Source: Podarcis liolepis
Lineage: Eukaryota
Assembly (NCBI GenBank): GCA_965112155.1
Contig: OZ218105.1
Reading direction: 5' to 3' (one strand)
Length of the DNA stretch: 64,000 nt
A program made the position numbers and the translations under genes. Of this stretch, positions 37,869 to 51,409 are shown one piece after another (positions within the stretch are counted from its first letter, which is position 1; each line of letters begins with the position of its first letter). The notes under the pieces were generated by a model that saw only the letters and a program-made list of their open reading frames with translations, was not told where the DNA came from and did not search any database.

Positions 37869-39475
37869 ATAATTGTGAGGCATATGTACCCTTTACAAAC
37901 GCATAGAAACAAGAGTGAGTATTAGCATAACTTGCTTGTCATCCAGAAGACCATTACTTAATTTATGATGGTGATGGTAATGATGGACATCTAATAGATA
38001 ACATCCAAGTGCAGCTACACAGTACATATTTTCTCATAGTCTGGAGGTCATGCACTGAGTAAGTTTTGAGTAGTAAAGTTCATTCACCACCTGCACATAT
38101 TCATAAGGGTATAATAACATCTATATTTCTCACAACTTTGCTAATGTGCATTGAATTCTCAAATTCTGAAAGTTTCAAGCTTGGATAGGTACAATAATGA
38201 ACACCTAATTCTAAATGCCAAATAGGCATTAATAATTGCTGCTTCCCAAAGAGCATCCAACATATCAACCTTCTTTTTAAACAGAAGTGAGCTTCAAAAG
38301 CAATTTTTGATAGGATATAAGGGTGGGAAATATCATGCCCTTTCAGGCATGCCTAAATTAACCTGTTCCACAGTCTTAATATTTACCAGTTGAAAGTGAT
38401 TGTGTGTTGAACTGTGAACTTTACAGCATTCACCATTGAAAATTAGCTTCCTTAACTAAAGAAATGGATGCTTTAATATTTCATTATTGTGTTTTACAGA
38501 GCATGAACTAAAACAATGTGGAATGTACTCAGTGATATGTATCAATACGTATTGGTGATACGTAAGAACATTGTTTAATGTGACAACATCTGCTCTTTAA
38601 TGTGACATCTCTCTGCCTGTTGATATTAAGCAGGTGTCTGCACTGTATTCTTTTTGGTACCTGCTAAAACATTCTTGTTTAGGCAAGCCTACTTGGACGC
38701 TTAAAAATGCTGGTGTGAATTTTAACCTGTTTTAGTGTTTTGACTTTTTCTTTGTTTTGAAGTATTGTAGTTTTGTCTGAATTTTATCGTTTTCTCTTTT
38801 TGTAAACTGCTTTGAGGTGGTTGGGTTTGTTTGTTTTTTAACAATCGAGCAGTGTATAAATTTTATGAAATAAAATTAATTAATAAAAATTCCAGCAGTC
38901 TGCTGCCATTTTGTTTCAAGTTGAACCCATTCCATTTGTGCAGGCTGTTCCAGAGATTGACAAATCTAAACCTCTTCCCCTGACACTGTCATATCATCCA
39001 CACATATAAATCTCTTAGCTTTGCCTTTCTAGTTGGCTGTGTGCGGAACAGACACATGGAACATAATATATATATATATGAATTTATTTGAAGTGGCAGT
39101 TTTTGATCTTTGTCATGGTGAGTCCTCCCAAAGCCAGTAAATGATTGTTTTCAGCTTCTTTCACTTTTACAAGAGACACTTAAGTAGATAGTTTGTATTT
39201 CCCATGTCTTCATGATGACTTTATGGAAACTTTATGCACTTGGTTCAGATGGTTTTAAGTTATATCAAACCTGCCATTTTCAAATGCAGAAATAGTCACA
39301 CCTAGGAGAAGTGCCCAGGTGCTGTTTTCCTATGAACCCTTCTGGATTACTGGTTTATTGTGTAAGGGCAATATTTAATGTTCTCCAGCTAGTGCTACAT
39401 AAAATTCTCAGATTTAAAGTCTAAAACACAGTCACTCAAGATACCATCAGTTGTGAATGGCATATCTTGTCTCTG

Positions 39476-39502
39476 TGTTTGTTTGTTTGTTTGTTTGTTT
39501 GT

Positions 39503-39533
<31 letters not shown>
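39476..39533. repeat. Compound (TTTG)n(CTTG)n microsatellite
   Basis: Direct inspection. Confidence 0.92.
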
Positions 39534-39534
<1 letters not shown>

Positions 39535-41261
39535 TGGGTTCCCCTGGTGAGTGGGAAAAGATGGGGGTTTGGTTTTCTATATCTATTGCAGAAGAATTGT
39601 TCATTTTAACATGTGTATGTGTGTATGAACTATGGCTGTGCACCAGCACCAGTCAAATCCTGGATCCCAGACTCAATCAGGCTGATTTGGGTTGACCTGG
39701 GATTCGGCTGAAGTGCGTTGGAGCAGCCCAGATCACCCCAGGTCACATCAGAACAACCTGGAGTGATCTAGGGCTGTCAAATTGGGAAGCAGTCTGGTGG
39801 TGATGAGAGGCAGGAAGAGGACGTGCATGCTGGCAACCTGAGTGTGTCTCTTACCCCCATTTATTTATACCTTCATGAAGCATTGTTCAAGGCTCCCAAA
39901 TCAGTTTGGGGCCAGGATCCAGGTTCACTCCGCCCTGGAATGGTCCTGGGCTGGGTTGGTCAGTGGGATCTGTAGAGCCCTAGTGTGAACCATTCACAAC
40001 TTATAACTGAGACTGCATGGTCCAATGCATTTTTAAAAAAAGTTTGTACCTGTATTGGATTTGAAATGGTTTCTATTTGTGAAACTTACACTTGTTTTTA
40101 TTGTTGATTTTTAATTGCTAAATCACTCTGAGATGTATTATAGGAAGTGATTAATAAATGGAATGAAATACATAAACAAAACAAATCAGTTGCCTTTCTG
40201 AGGAAGCATCTCTTCCCCCACCTCACAAGAAATGCCAAAGCCAGGAAAAGCATAGGGGCATAGATCCTATATTAAGCGGATGGAAGAATGTTCCCATCAC
40301 AGCCAACTTCAGCTCCTGAAAAGCCTCTCTGGAGAGTCAGGGGCCTCCTAAACAATTTAAGTTTGGGCAGGTAAGTCTCCAGTGGGATCAAAAGTCACCC
40401 CAAATCAGGTAGAATTCAGTCCAGTTCAGGGAGGTTCCCTGCTCTCCCAGCAGTCCTCTGTTGAGGAGGGACACTGTGTTCCTTTTAGGGTACAGTGGAA
40501 GGAAGGGATGGAAAATGGTCCTTCCATGAACTTCCTTCTGCTCACTGACCTTCTGATCCACGCTGGGGTTTCTTGCTTTGAGTCCCCTTCATGATCAGTG
40601 AGCACATCATATGTGGAAGTCCCCACTTACCTAAATGAAAGAGACCCTGGGAGAAAGCAAATGGTTTTGCCTCCATCAAAATTTCCAGAAAAAAACACTG
40701 GACTGCGTTGTAACTGGACCTCTCCAAATACAGGTTGTGCCTACCTGGGGTAGCCTTCTGCTTCACATGTTGGGATTTCTGACTTCCTGAAATAATACTC
40801 TTTTTTTAAAAAAATTGTGGAGGCATGAATGCAATGGCTCTATTGTCTAACTGCTGTGGATTTTTTATTTGTTGTGAATTCATAATGAGGCACATCAGGA
40901 CAAAGGGTGTGTGCGCCCTCACTTCAAAGCATGAACTTCATACATAAAAGCCCCATTGTTTTAAACTAACAATGCATAGATGTGTATATATATATATAAA
41001 CTTGTACAGTGCTCCAAGTGTTCTAATAAGGAAGTATGTGAGGGAAACCAAGTGATCCTTGAGGTCACAAATGAACATATAGTGAATTAAGTCTGAAGAA
41101 CTGCTGCTGTCACATTACTGAAGCTGGGGGGTGGGTGGTCTTGACCATATATGCTGCTCTCAATTTTCAAAGGAAATAGATGTATAATGAGTATATTAAG
41201 AATAAGAACTGTTGGCAGTTAAGAACCTTCTAATACAGACAGGCATATGCCCAGTGATAAG

Positions 41262-41625
41262 AAGGGCTGTACCTTAGTGGTAGATCATCTGTTCTGAATG
41301 CAGAAGTTCTCAGGTTTTATCCTAGGGCTAGGAAGGTTTCCTGACAGTCAGTGTAGATAGTGTTGGGGAACATGGGGAAATGGTTTGACTCAGCATTTGG
41401 CAGCTTCTTATGTTCCAATGTGTTGTTGTGAAGAAGTAACAGCCTCTGGCTCAATAGTGGAGCACATATTTCGCATACAGAAGGCCCCAGATTTAATTTC
41501 CAGCATCTTTCGGTAAGGTTGGGAGAAACCTTTGCCTGAAAACCCAGAGAGCAGTTGTCAGTGTAGGCAACACAAAGTTAGATGGACCAGTGTTCAGTCT
41601 TGGTATGAGTAGCTTCCTATGTTCA
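41262..41625 (+). mobile_element. Two adjacent old tRNA-derived SINEs; a related minus-strand copy at ~31380-31530
   Basis: Two degenerate units with tRNA-like heads, each ending (G)CAGCTTCYTATGTTC. Confidence 0.6.
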
Positions 41626-42474
41626 AAAAATGCCTTGTGACATTGCAGCCATATTCAGATAGTTATCTGAGTTGAACAATGGCACTTAATGCTCTTTAAT
41701 TTCAATACCGTGCAGGCTGAGAGTAGATCTGTTATGTACATATAAAGCACACGATTCAGCCAAATGTGATTATGCAAATACCATAATGTGAAAAATTGCC
41801 AGTCTGGACACAATCTACCAGGCTAACTTCAGGACTGGTCATCCAGAGAATTTGCTGCATGAGTAGCAGGAAATGTTTATGGTCAGATTAAACGTATTTA
41901 TAATCTTCTTTTCACCTGGAGATCCCAAGGTGGAATTACACACACCTGAAATGAAAACAAGAAACCAACCCACCAAACAAACAAACCCAGAAAATTCAAA
42001 CAAACAAAATCAAATGCAAATATCCAATTGCAAGTCAAAAATTTAACATACTTGTTCCCCTTCTACATAAACAACACTGTCAAGGCAATTGTAGTATAAA
42101 TTGATGCGTTTGCCATCATGGTTCTGCATACCTTAAAAACTCTGACACACACTGAAACATGATTGTATATTACATTTTTTATCCTGTTGTTTCTTCAAGG
42201 AGTTCAGGGTAACAAACAGTTTTTATTTATTTCCTATAAAATCACTGAATCAAAGGCCTATCAGCTGCTGATGCCTCAAATTCCTTGCTACAGCATTCCT
42301 AATAGGGAGCCATCCAGTCTCCTCTTGAGAAAACCTGCCAATTTACAACTAGAATTGTTGTGTACAGTTGAAATACAAATCTAATGATAAAAAGAAAACA
42401 TTTAAATTACAGAAGTCATAGTAACAGCAAAGCTATAAAACAATACTAAAACCAATAGTAAAACACATTGGAAT

Positions 42475-42725
42475 CAGGGTTGGCTCAAGGCGTTTGACTG
42501 CCTGAGGCAAAGGACAAGATGGTCCCTTCTCACAAATTTCCTTTAGAGAAAATGTCTAGACTAGCAGTTGAACCTTACTGCTGCTTTCACCATACCTGAA
42601 GGCAGGAGGCTACCTTAAAAAGTATAAGATGGGCTGTGTCCCCACACAGCTCTGTCCTCCCCACCAACCAGCATTTGCTGCCTGAGGCAGTTGCCTCACT
42701 CTGGCTAATGTTAGGGCTGGCTCCG
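42475..42725. mobile_element. Old hAT-like MITE
   Basis: CAGGGTTGGCTC...GGGCTGGCTCCG degenerate inverted ends with repeated CTGCCTGAGGCA subterminal motif. Confidence 0.55.
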
Positions 42726-45700
42726 GATAGAATTCCTGGAGAGAGAGAGAGGGGAAGAGACAGAGAGAGAAGGAAATATTGAAAGTGGCTGAAATTCTCA
42801 CTACCTCCATTTATAAGAAGCAGACATAGCTTTCACTATGCACAGAACCAGATTTATTTTACTATGCAATGGAAAACCCACCTCCAAGTTTTAACTATTT
42901 TGCCTTCTGTTTTGTGGTTGTATAAGCTATTTGAAAAGGGTGGAAGAAGCCAGATATGTACGTCAGTACTTTCCTCTACAGTTCTTTTCCAATCTAACAT
43001 CAAAGGCACGACATTATCTCAGCAATAATTCAAGCTCTTTATCAAATGATAATCTGGGAAGTTGCAAGTATGTTTTGTGATGCCACTACTCATATGTAGG
43101 TGTGGTAGGCATTTATTGAAATAGGCATTTCTGGTAGAAGGCATGCCAAAGTCTTAAGGCAAAAAGTAATTACTCCAGTGTATGTTCAGTCTCTGCCAGC
43201 TAAGATGTCTTTTCTCAAACGATTTTGGCCTGTTGACATCTTCAGAATGGGGAATAGAAGCTGTATAAAAGGCAGGGTATAAAAGGCATTAGGTGCTTCT
43301 CATTTCCATGAGTAGTAATAAAACCAGGGAGAGCACTGAAGAAATTAGCTTCCTTTGAAACAGAAAGTGCTGGAACTTTTATAATAACTATAATGTCTGT
43401 TTGACTTCCAAAACACAGAGCAGAAGCAAACAGGCATCTGCAGCAGATAGCACTGGTACTAAATAGCCTGTCTCAGCTTCACTATTTCAGACAAGACTGT
43501 ATGTCCCTCCTAGCTTGACTCTAGGAGCTTTGCCTGCCTCTTTCACACTGCCAAAGTGTTATAAGCAAGAAAGTGGAACGTCTGATGACTGGGACCATCA
43601 GGAGAGAATCTGTGGCTATTCTTTCTTTATTTTCTTTCTTTTATATCCTGCCTTGCTTCTGTTGTGGAATCCAAGACTGTACACACAGAGTTCTCAAACA
43701 CTAACCAGACCTCAGCAACTTGGTGGCCTCATGTGCCTTCATACCATACCCTAGTTTTGAGTCTTATTTCCATCACAATAAACCCAGTGATTCATCTCTT
43801 CCACCTGAAATTTCGGTCTTTGAATAGCTTGTTTTATGTAGCCATCAATCAACCATCCTTATAATCATTACTGGGACCAGATGGGCCAAAATGTGAAAAT
43901 ATATAGGGATATATGCGTTGGTCGCATTTACACAGTTTTACTACTGTCTTTATCTAAGCTGTTGTAAGCCACCTTGAATGTACATTTTGCCTAGGAAGAA
44001 GGAATATAAAATTTTAAGTCGTTCTCCACATTCCACTATTGGGAAGCTTTCACTACGCAGTGATGTAGGATAGGGTCTGTCTTCATGGTGATGCCTTCCT
44101 GTGGAATACCACCCCCTTATAAGGTGGCACAATGTTATGGTGCCAAGTTTAGACGTATTTGCCCATATATTTTATATTTTCTAAGTCAAGGGTAGCCTAA
44201 GTGGTGACCTATATGTTGTGGACTACAACTCCCATCATCCCTTTTCATTGACTGGGATGGGAATTGGAGTTCAATAGCATTTGAAGGGGACCCCATTGGC
44301 TACCCTTGTTCTACATTGATTATTGGTTAACCAGCTCTGTTGCTTTTAGCTACTTTATTTGTTTCATGGTGTATTTTAGCAGGTATTGTTGTTTATTTTA
44401 TGATTTTGCTTTGCGTTCTGAACCCAACCCTTACATCTGCTTTGATGGATGGACTATAAATATTTCAATAAACTGGAATGCTGTAAATAAAAAGATAACT
44501 TTGTTCCTGAACCACTGTTGGCCATATCAGCTCTGAAATTCAGGAAATGACATGGTGAGACTGAAAGAAAAAACAGAACCCTGTAATATTTATAAGAACC
44601 TTACCAACAGTTTCCCATCCTTGCATTAAAAGCAAGCCATTGTTCCTTATACACATATGACTAGTTCTTAATAGCTCTTTTACAACATGTTTTGCTTCCA
44701 TAATATTACCAGGAGAGTGTTAACTGACTTTTTCCTACTGAGGAAACAGAGATTCCTAGGGCATCACTAACAAATATATCACTTTTTAAACTGTCTGGGT
44801 GGATACCTTGTTCGGCACTGCAATCTATGTAACATACATGCCGTGATCCAACACTGCTCCTTAGTTTGTTCTTCACTGAAGTAATCATAATTTTCAGGGG
44901 CATAATCAGCTGGGTATTTGTGCTGTGCAAGTCTGACAGTAGTGCCTCTGTGTAGTTCCATTCATTTTAATTAGTCTTACGCAGCAGAATGTCCGGGTCT
45001 CATGTGCCTCATGTCATTCTCATGGGAGATGCAAATGCTAGGCTAGAGTTGGTGACCATTATTTTAAAACAACTGCCCCCCTCCAACAAGTGGCAACCTC
45101 AGATGTGACAGTCTGGTCTTGATAGATGTCTCAGAAATGATTGGAACGGAAAAAGTAATGAATTTAGACATTCTTTTTAGTTGCTTCTCTTGGGTTTGCA
45201 ATGGCTCACGTGAACAGAGAATGGTCACATGATGCCATCAGATGGCAACTTTGGGGAGGCTTGCTGCAAGCTTTGTTTTGCTTGAACGCAAGTGCAGTTT
45301 GTATTCAAACTGTAGCTGCAAACAGACATTTTTCCTCTGCAGATTGGCATAGTGAGGCTGCAAATGGGCATAGAAGGCTCACAGCAAGTACCTTGTCAAT
45401 TTACTAATCCGTGGAAAGTATGCCTTCCAAAGGGCCTGCTTTCAGCATCAGTCAGCTGATTAGAACTGACTGCTTCACTTAACAAGTGGTGAATCCCATT
45501 TGCTGAAAAACAATGGAGAGCGTAAGTTCCCATTTGTTCCTTTGCATAAGATGTCAGGTGTGGGACAGGTGACTGTGGTTTGGGGCAAATTACCTCTCAG
45601 GCCAAATTTGAATCCCTCCTGGACCTAATTTGGCCCACACTGGTTCAGAGGTTCTCTGTGCCTGCCATAGATGCAAGGCAACATCTGAAATGTTGAATGT

Positions 45701-47087
45701 CCCTGCATTTGCTTGATGCATGTTTAATTGAAACAAGAGCCTGTACTTCAGATACTGGTAACAGAGAAGTTAATTTAAAAGCACAAGGAGATAGATGATT
45801 CAGACAGACACCATCAAGAAAAAAACAAAGAGGGAAGCAATGTTGTCTTAAAAGTAAATCTGAAACAGGTGGAAGGATTTGGTATTAATTGTACTTATTC
45901 AAGTTCCATATGATATATATTTTTCATCTGTGCTCTTGGTAAGCCCTCAATTTGACATAGTTACCTTAATTTTATTAAATATTGCCAGAACATTGGTATT
46001 AGAAAGGAGAAGCTAAAAGAGTCAATATGTTGGGCTCCGTTACAATGACCTGTAGGGAAATCTGGAAAACCTGCTTCCTCTGTCACTTCTGTAGAAGAAA
46101 CCTTGCACAGTTCAGTTATATCAGAAACCCTGATGGGGACTCTGGCTGGTATAAGAGCATCAAGGGATACACTTTTCCTGGTGCTTGGGACAGGATCCAC
46201 AGTCACCAATGGTCCAACATTAGACTCACTAGTTGAGGATGGAGATTCTTAATTAAGGTAACTCTTGGATGTATTCAGGATTCGTTTGCAAACATCAGTA
46301 TACAGACAAATAAACAAACACATTGATGCAAATGTCAAGAACCCCAGCTTGGTCCAATGATGTCATGGGAAGAGCCTGTGGCAGGGATAAAAATCAGTAT
46401 GATGTCAGTAGAAGAATGATGGCACAAATAAATACATTCTGGAATGGGAACCAGGGCTGTACTTTATCAAGAGGAAGCTTGTTTTGGTTAAATAGGCCCA
46501 GCTGAACACATACATGCAACCTGGAAAGGAACCACCTGCTTGGCACAGATATTCGGAATATAAATAGCAACCCTTAGCCAAGGGAACACACATAACTTTG
46601 GCTTAAGACAGGAAATGCTGTCCTTATCAGGGGAGCAATAATCAGTGGAAGGACTGGAGCATAATTATTCATAGCTCTTTGTTTGTAGCCTAAAGTTATA
46701 GATGGTGAACTTTCATGCCTTCATCTCTTTGCCCTGGACACAAATGCCAAAAAAAAATTGTAGTTGTGAATTGTGATTGTTGGGCAACTTTTAAGTAGTG
46801 ATAATTACACCAAAGGTCAATAAGAGAAAAGAGATAATGCTTTTCTTTGAACCAGTTGCTGTTTTAAATGCTGGAAATGGGACTTTTGAGTCATATAGAA
46901 TTCTTACTGAGGCTGGACGTTCAGTTTTTAAAGAAGGCTACCCAGTCTGATGTCTTGTCCAGTCTGTTTGAGTTGTTCAGTAGAATCCCTGATCTGGAAC
47001 TTGTGTAGAAATGAATTCTCTCCGTCACAAAAATGAGTTGAAAAGATTTACTGCAGAATAGTCTTTAAATACTAGTTACAATAAGAT

Positions 47088-47554
47088 AACCCCTTCATGG
47101 ATCACTGCCTTGCCGTGGAGAAGGGGCTTGAATAACTCAGAGAAGCTATGAGCTATGCCGTGCAGGACCACCCAAGATGGACAGGTCATAGTGGAGAGTT
47201 TTGACCAAACGTGATCCACCTGGAGCAGGAACCGGCAAGCCACTCCAGTATCCCTGCCAAGAAAACTCCATGGGTGCTCACTGGAAGGACAGATCGTGAA
47301 GCTGAGGCTCCGATACTTTGGCCACCTCATGAGAAGAGAAGACTCCCTGGAAAAGACCCTGATGTTGGGAAAGATGGAGGGCACAAGGAGAAGGGGACGA
47401 CAGAGGACGAGATGGTTGCAGAGTGTTCTCGAAGTTACCAGCATGAGTTTGACCAAACTGCGGGAAGCAGTGGAAGACAGGAGTGCGTGGCGTGCTCTGG
47501 TCCATGGGGTCACGAAGAGTCAGACACAACTAAACGACTAAACAACAACAACAA
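47088..47554 (+). mobile_element. Internally deleted RTE-BovB derivative (5' UTR fused to 3' end)
   Basis: BovB-type 5' UTR joined at ~47273 to ORF C-terminus (LKLRYFGHLMRR...) and (CAA)n tail. The 3' part matches 51131-51409. Confidence 0.88.
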
Positions 47555-47981
47555 TATAAATGTAACAAAGTAACACATTGCAAATCAGCAATGGGGTCCA
47601 GTCCTTTATGCAGTTGAGTAAACACTCCTTTCGCTGCTTCTAGAGGGAGATCCTAAGCTTGTTCATCATTGCAGAGCTTCTCTGAAACCCCTGCTGCGAC
47701 CACTAGCCATCTCCAACAAGCAGACACTGGCTTCTCAAGTTTCAGCTTCCTGTTGCAAGAGCTCTGAAACTTGTGTTTCTTCTGGTGATGAGTCATCAGG
47801 TAGTTTAGCTTGCTGAAAAGGAAAAATACCAGCCTTCTGTGACGCTTTTGCCAGAGTGAAACTTACTGCCCGAGGTAAACATCCCTTTACAGCATTTTAA
47901 ATACAATGCATTCAAACACAGCATTTTATGTACATTAAAATAATGTAATGAATCACTATAAGAATGAATCACTCTGGACAG

Positions 47982-48617
47982 CTGTTTACCAGCTCCATCT
48001 GGTACGCAGGCTGAGACCCTATCTGCCCGCGGACTGCCTCGCCAGAGTGGTGCATGCTCTGGTTATCTCCCGCTTGGACTACTGCAATGCGCTCTACGTG
48101 GGGCTACCTTTGAAGGTGACCCGGAAACTACAACTAATCCAGAATGCGGCAGCTAGACTGGTGACTGGGAGCGGCCGCCGAGACCATATAACACCGGTCT
48201 TGAAAGACCTACATTGGCTCCCAGTACGTTTCCGAGCACAATTCAAAGTGTTGGTGCTGACCTTTAAAGCCCTAAGCGGCCTTGGTCCAGTATATCTGAA
48301 GGAGCGTCTCCACCCCCATCGTTCTACCCAAACACTGAGGTCCAGCACCGAGGGCCTTCTGTCAGTTCCCTCACTGCGAGAAGCCAAGTTACAGGGAACC
48401 AGGCAGAGGGCCTTCTCGGTAGTGGTGCCTTCCCTGTGGAACACCCTCCCACCAGATGTCAAAGAGAACAACAACTACCAGGCTTTTAGAAGACATCTGA
48501 AGGCAGCCCTGTTTCGGGAAGCTTTTAATGTTTGATGTATTATAGTATTTTAATATTCTTTTGGAAGCCGCCCAGAGTGGCTGGGGAAGCCCAGCCAGAT
48601 GGGCGGGGTATAAATAA

Positions 48618-48682
<65 letters not shown>
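47982..48682 (+). mobile_element. L2-clade LINE, 5'-truncated, with open ORF2 C-terminus
   Basis: HALVISRLDYCNALY..LQLIQNAAARL..HITPVL..LHWLPV..FK motifs and (TTA)n tail. Confidence 0.93.
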
Positions 48683-48683
<1 letters not shown>

Positions 48684-50605
48684 CTGTAATAACTATAACG
48701 CAGTCCACAATGAAACAGTTGCGAAGAGTCGAATGGTTTGGATGTTATGTTGGCAACTGGTTGGGTTGAAGGTGAGAACCTGGAGAACAGTAGTGGCAGA
48801 ACTAGCTCTGCCTGTGCGCTTGCTCCTGCAGCCCTATAATAATGAATCACTCTGGACAGATCAGTCAAAAGAAGATGATTCCAAAGATGTGATATTTTGC
48901 TATTGCCTTCTTTTCCGGTAGAAACATAGTTCACATATATTAACTTGAATATCTCAAGTACTTAGCATTCAAATTGCTTTCCAAAACATAATACTTGAGT
49001 AAAACAAAAGAGAGAAGCCCTCATGGCTACCTGGCTTCTCTATAGTGTCTTGGGAAATGCAGAATCTTAATTGGCCTTTCAGATTTACTTTCGATTGTTT
49101 AATAAAAGAAAGTATAATCTGGGTGTTAAAAAGAGATCATGAATGTTTCCAGTTCCTCTGTGCTCTGCCTTCCATCTCTATTACTTTATAATTCTGTAAA
49201 GAATTTCCCAGTTTCAAAAGGTGAGCCTGTATCTAATTTGCAAGTATTAGAATACAATACATTCTCTTTTCTAAAGTACTTTATTAGGCAAACATCCCTG
49301 GGCACCATCCAGTTTGAAAAGGATTATACAGAAACTGTCTTCAAAGCAACAGTTTAAAACAGGGGAAGTGCCAGCCTTGCTTTTTATGAGCATTGAGCAA
49401 GGGACCTCAATTTAGTTCAAAGGGTAGACATTTCCAGGTGTAAAGAAGCATGATATGTAAATTTTCAATTAAAAGTAGAGCAAAGGTGGGACTCTGGGAG
49501 ATAGAGAAGGGGCATTTGGGAGAAGTGTTAGTGACAAAGATGAATAATGTGAGTAAAGTCATTGCATGTTTGATAGGAAGAATCAGACTTCAGCTTAGGG
49601 TGTGTGCCAGCTCATTTTTCTGAAAAGGGTCTGGAGAAGGCAGTTTTGCATCTGTGCAAACTGATGTACATCTTCTGTTGTAAGGCAAATGCTTGAGAAA
49701 ATGGTCATGTTGGTTTTCAACACAGAGGAGCTTGAATATAGATCTGCATGGGGATGACACCTATTAGCTAGCAGCCCGTGGTGTCACAAACCCACCACTG
49801 TTTACCACGGTGATTTTAAAAATAGTTAATTGTTTTTTTAAAAAAAAAGCTTTCATACCCTTTCTTTATATGGGTTTCTTGTAAACAAATACTATCTTTC
49901 TTTAATTTTGATAAGATTTCCCCCATTTTATAACATCATTAATTCCCCCAAGCATTAGTAGGAAAACAAACGTATAAAAATATTTTAGAAGTGCAAAAAA
50001 TAAAATTTAAAAAATGACAGAGGACCAAATCTTCCAACAAGGCATTGCCACTCACATATAGGCAGCCTGGTTCATCAAAAACTCATTTTGCCCTTCCTGT
50101 AACCAATGCCAATGGGTACCTTTTTTATTCTAATTCCGTTTCTTATGCTTTCAGTTGTGAGTTGTGACTCTCGGATCTGTGTGCAGGAAGTTCACCGGGT
50201 CATATGCCCTGGAAGGGTTAAATATCTCACACGTATGAGAAGATGGTAAGGTCAGGTGCGTATTGTAAATTTCTTCAGGCTCAAACTACAAATTATGAAT
50301 ACTTCCCTCTCCTCACTCTTTTACCCAAAGGAGGGGCAGGCAGTCTTTGAAACTGCAAAAGGGACTGGACAGGGGACATAAGTTGAGCTTCTCACTTTGC
50401 AGTTTTTCACCTCAGGATTGCATTCCTCAAACTGTTTTTCATTAAAAAAAAAAACCTGCAAGGGAAAAGTAGACACGACCCATAAGTCTGCCTCTACTAA
50501 TTTCAAGGTGGAAAAACATTCAAGGTTAACAGCTCCAATAAGGCCTGAGTGAACAGCTACTTTAAGCACCTGATGAATTTGCATTAACAGCTAACTGACA
50601 ACCAG

Positions 50606-51409
50606 GAAGAAATATCAACAACCTCAGATATGCAGATGACACAACCTTGATGGCAGAAAGTGAGGAGGAATTAAAGAACCTTTTAATGAGGGTGAAAGAG
50701 GAGAGCGCAAAATATGGTCTGAAGCTCAACATCAAAAAACTAAGATCATGGCCACTGGGCCCATCACCTCCTGGCAAATAGAAGGGGAAGAAATGGAGGC
50801 AGTGAGAGATTTTACTTTCTTGGACTCCATGATCACTGCAGATGGTGACAGCAGCCACAAAATTAAAAGACGCCTGCTTCTTGGGAGAAAAGCAATGACA
50901 AACCTAGACAGCATCTTAAAAAGCAGAGACATCACCTTGCCAACAAAGGTCCGTATAGTGAAAGCTATGGTTTTCCCAGTAGTGTTGTCCGGAAGTGAGA
51001 GCTGGACCATAAAGAAGGCTGATCACCGAAGAATTGATGCTTTTGAATTATGGTGCTGGAGGAGACTCTTGAGAGTCCCATGGACTGCAAGAAGATCAAA
51101 CCTATCCATTCTTAAGGAAATCAGCCCTGAGTGCTCACTGGAAGGACAGATCCTGAAGCTGAGGCTCTAATACTTTGCTCACCTCATGAGAAGAGAAGAC
51201 TCCCTGGAAAAGACCCTGATGTTGGGAAAGATGGAGGGCACAAGGAGAAGGGGACGACAGAGGATGAGATGGTTGGACAGTGTTCTCGAAGCTACAAACA
51301 TGAGTCTGACCAAACTGCGGGAGGCAGTGGAAGACAGGAGTGCGTGGCGTGCTCTGGTCCATGGGGTCACGAAGAGTTGGACATGGCTAAACGACTAAAC
51401 AACAACAAC
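50606..51409 (+). mobile_element. RTE-BovB LINE, 5'-truncated
   Basis: NNLRYADD RT motif through the C-terminus, one frameshift (~50738) and one stop (51168-51170), (CAA)n tail, 13-bp TSD AACTGACAACCAG (50593-50605, 51410-51422). Confidence 0.96.

Noticed and set aside
37436-37912. 158-aa ORF as a functional RAC1 gene
   Set aside because: Starts at TTG in flanking DNA, is intronless, lacks the C-terminal ~48 codons and is bounded by a TSD, so it is a retrocopy.
47948-48535. 195-aa ORF as a host gene
   Set aside because: It is the L2 ORF2 C-terminus fused by chance to an ATG in flanking DNA.
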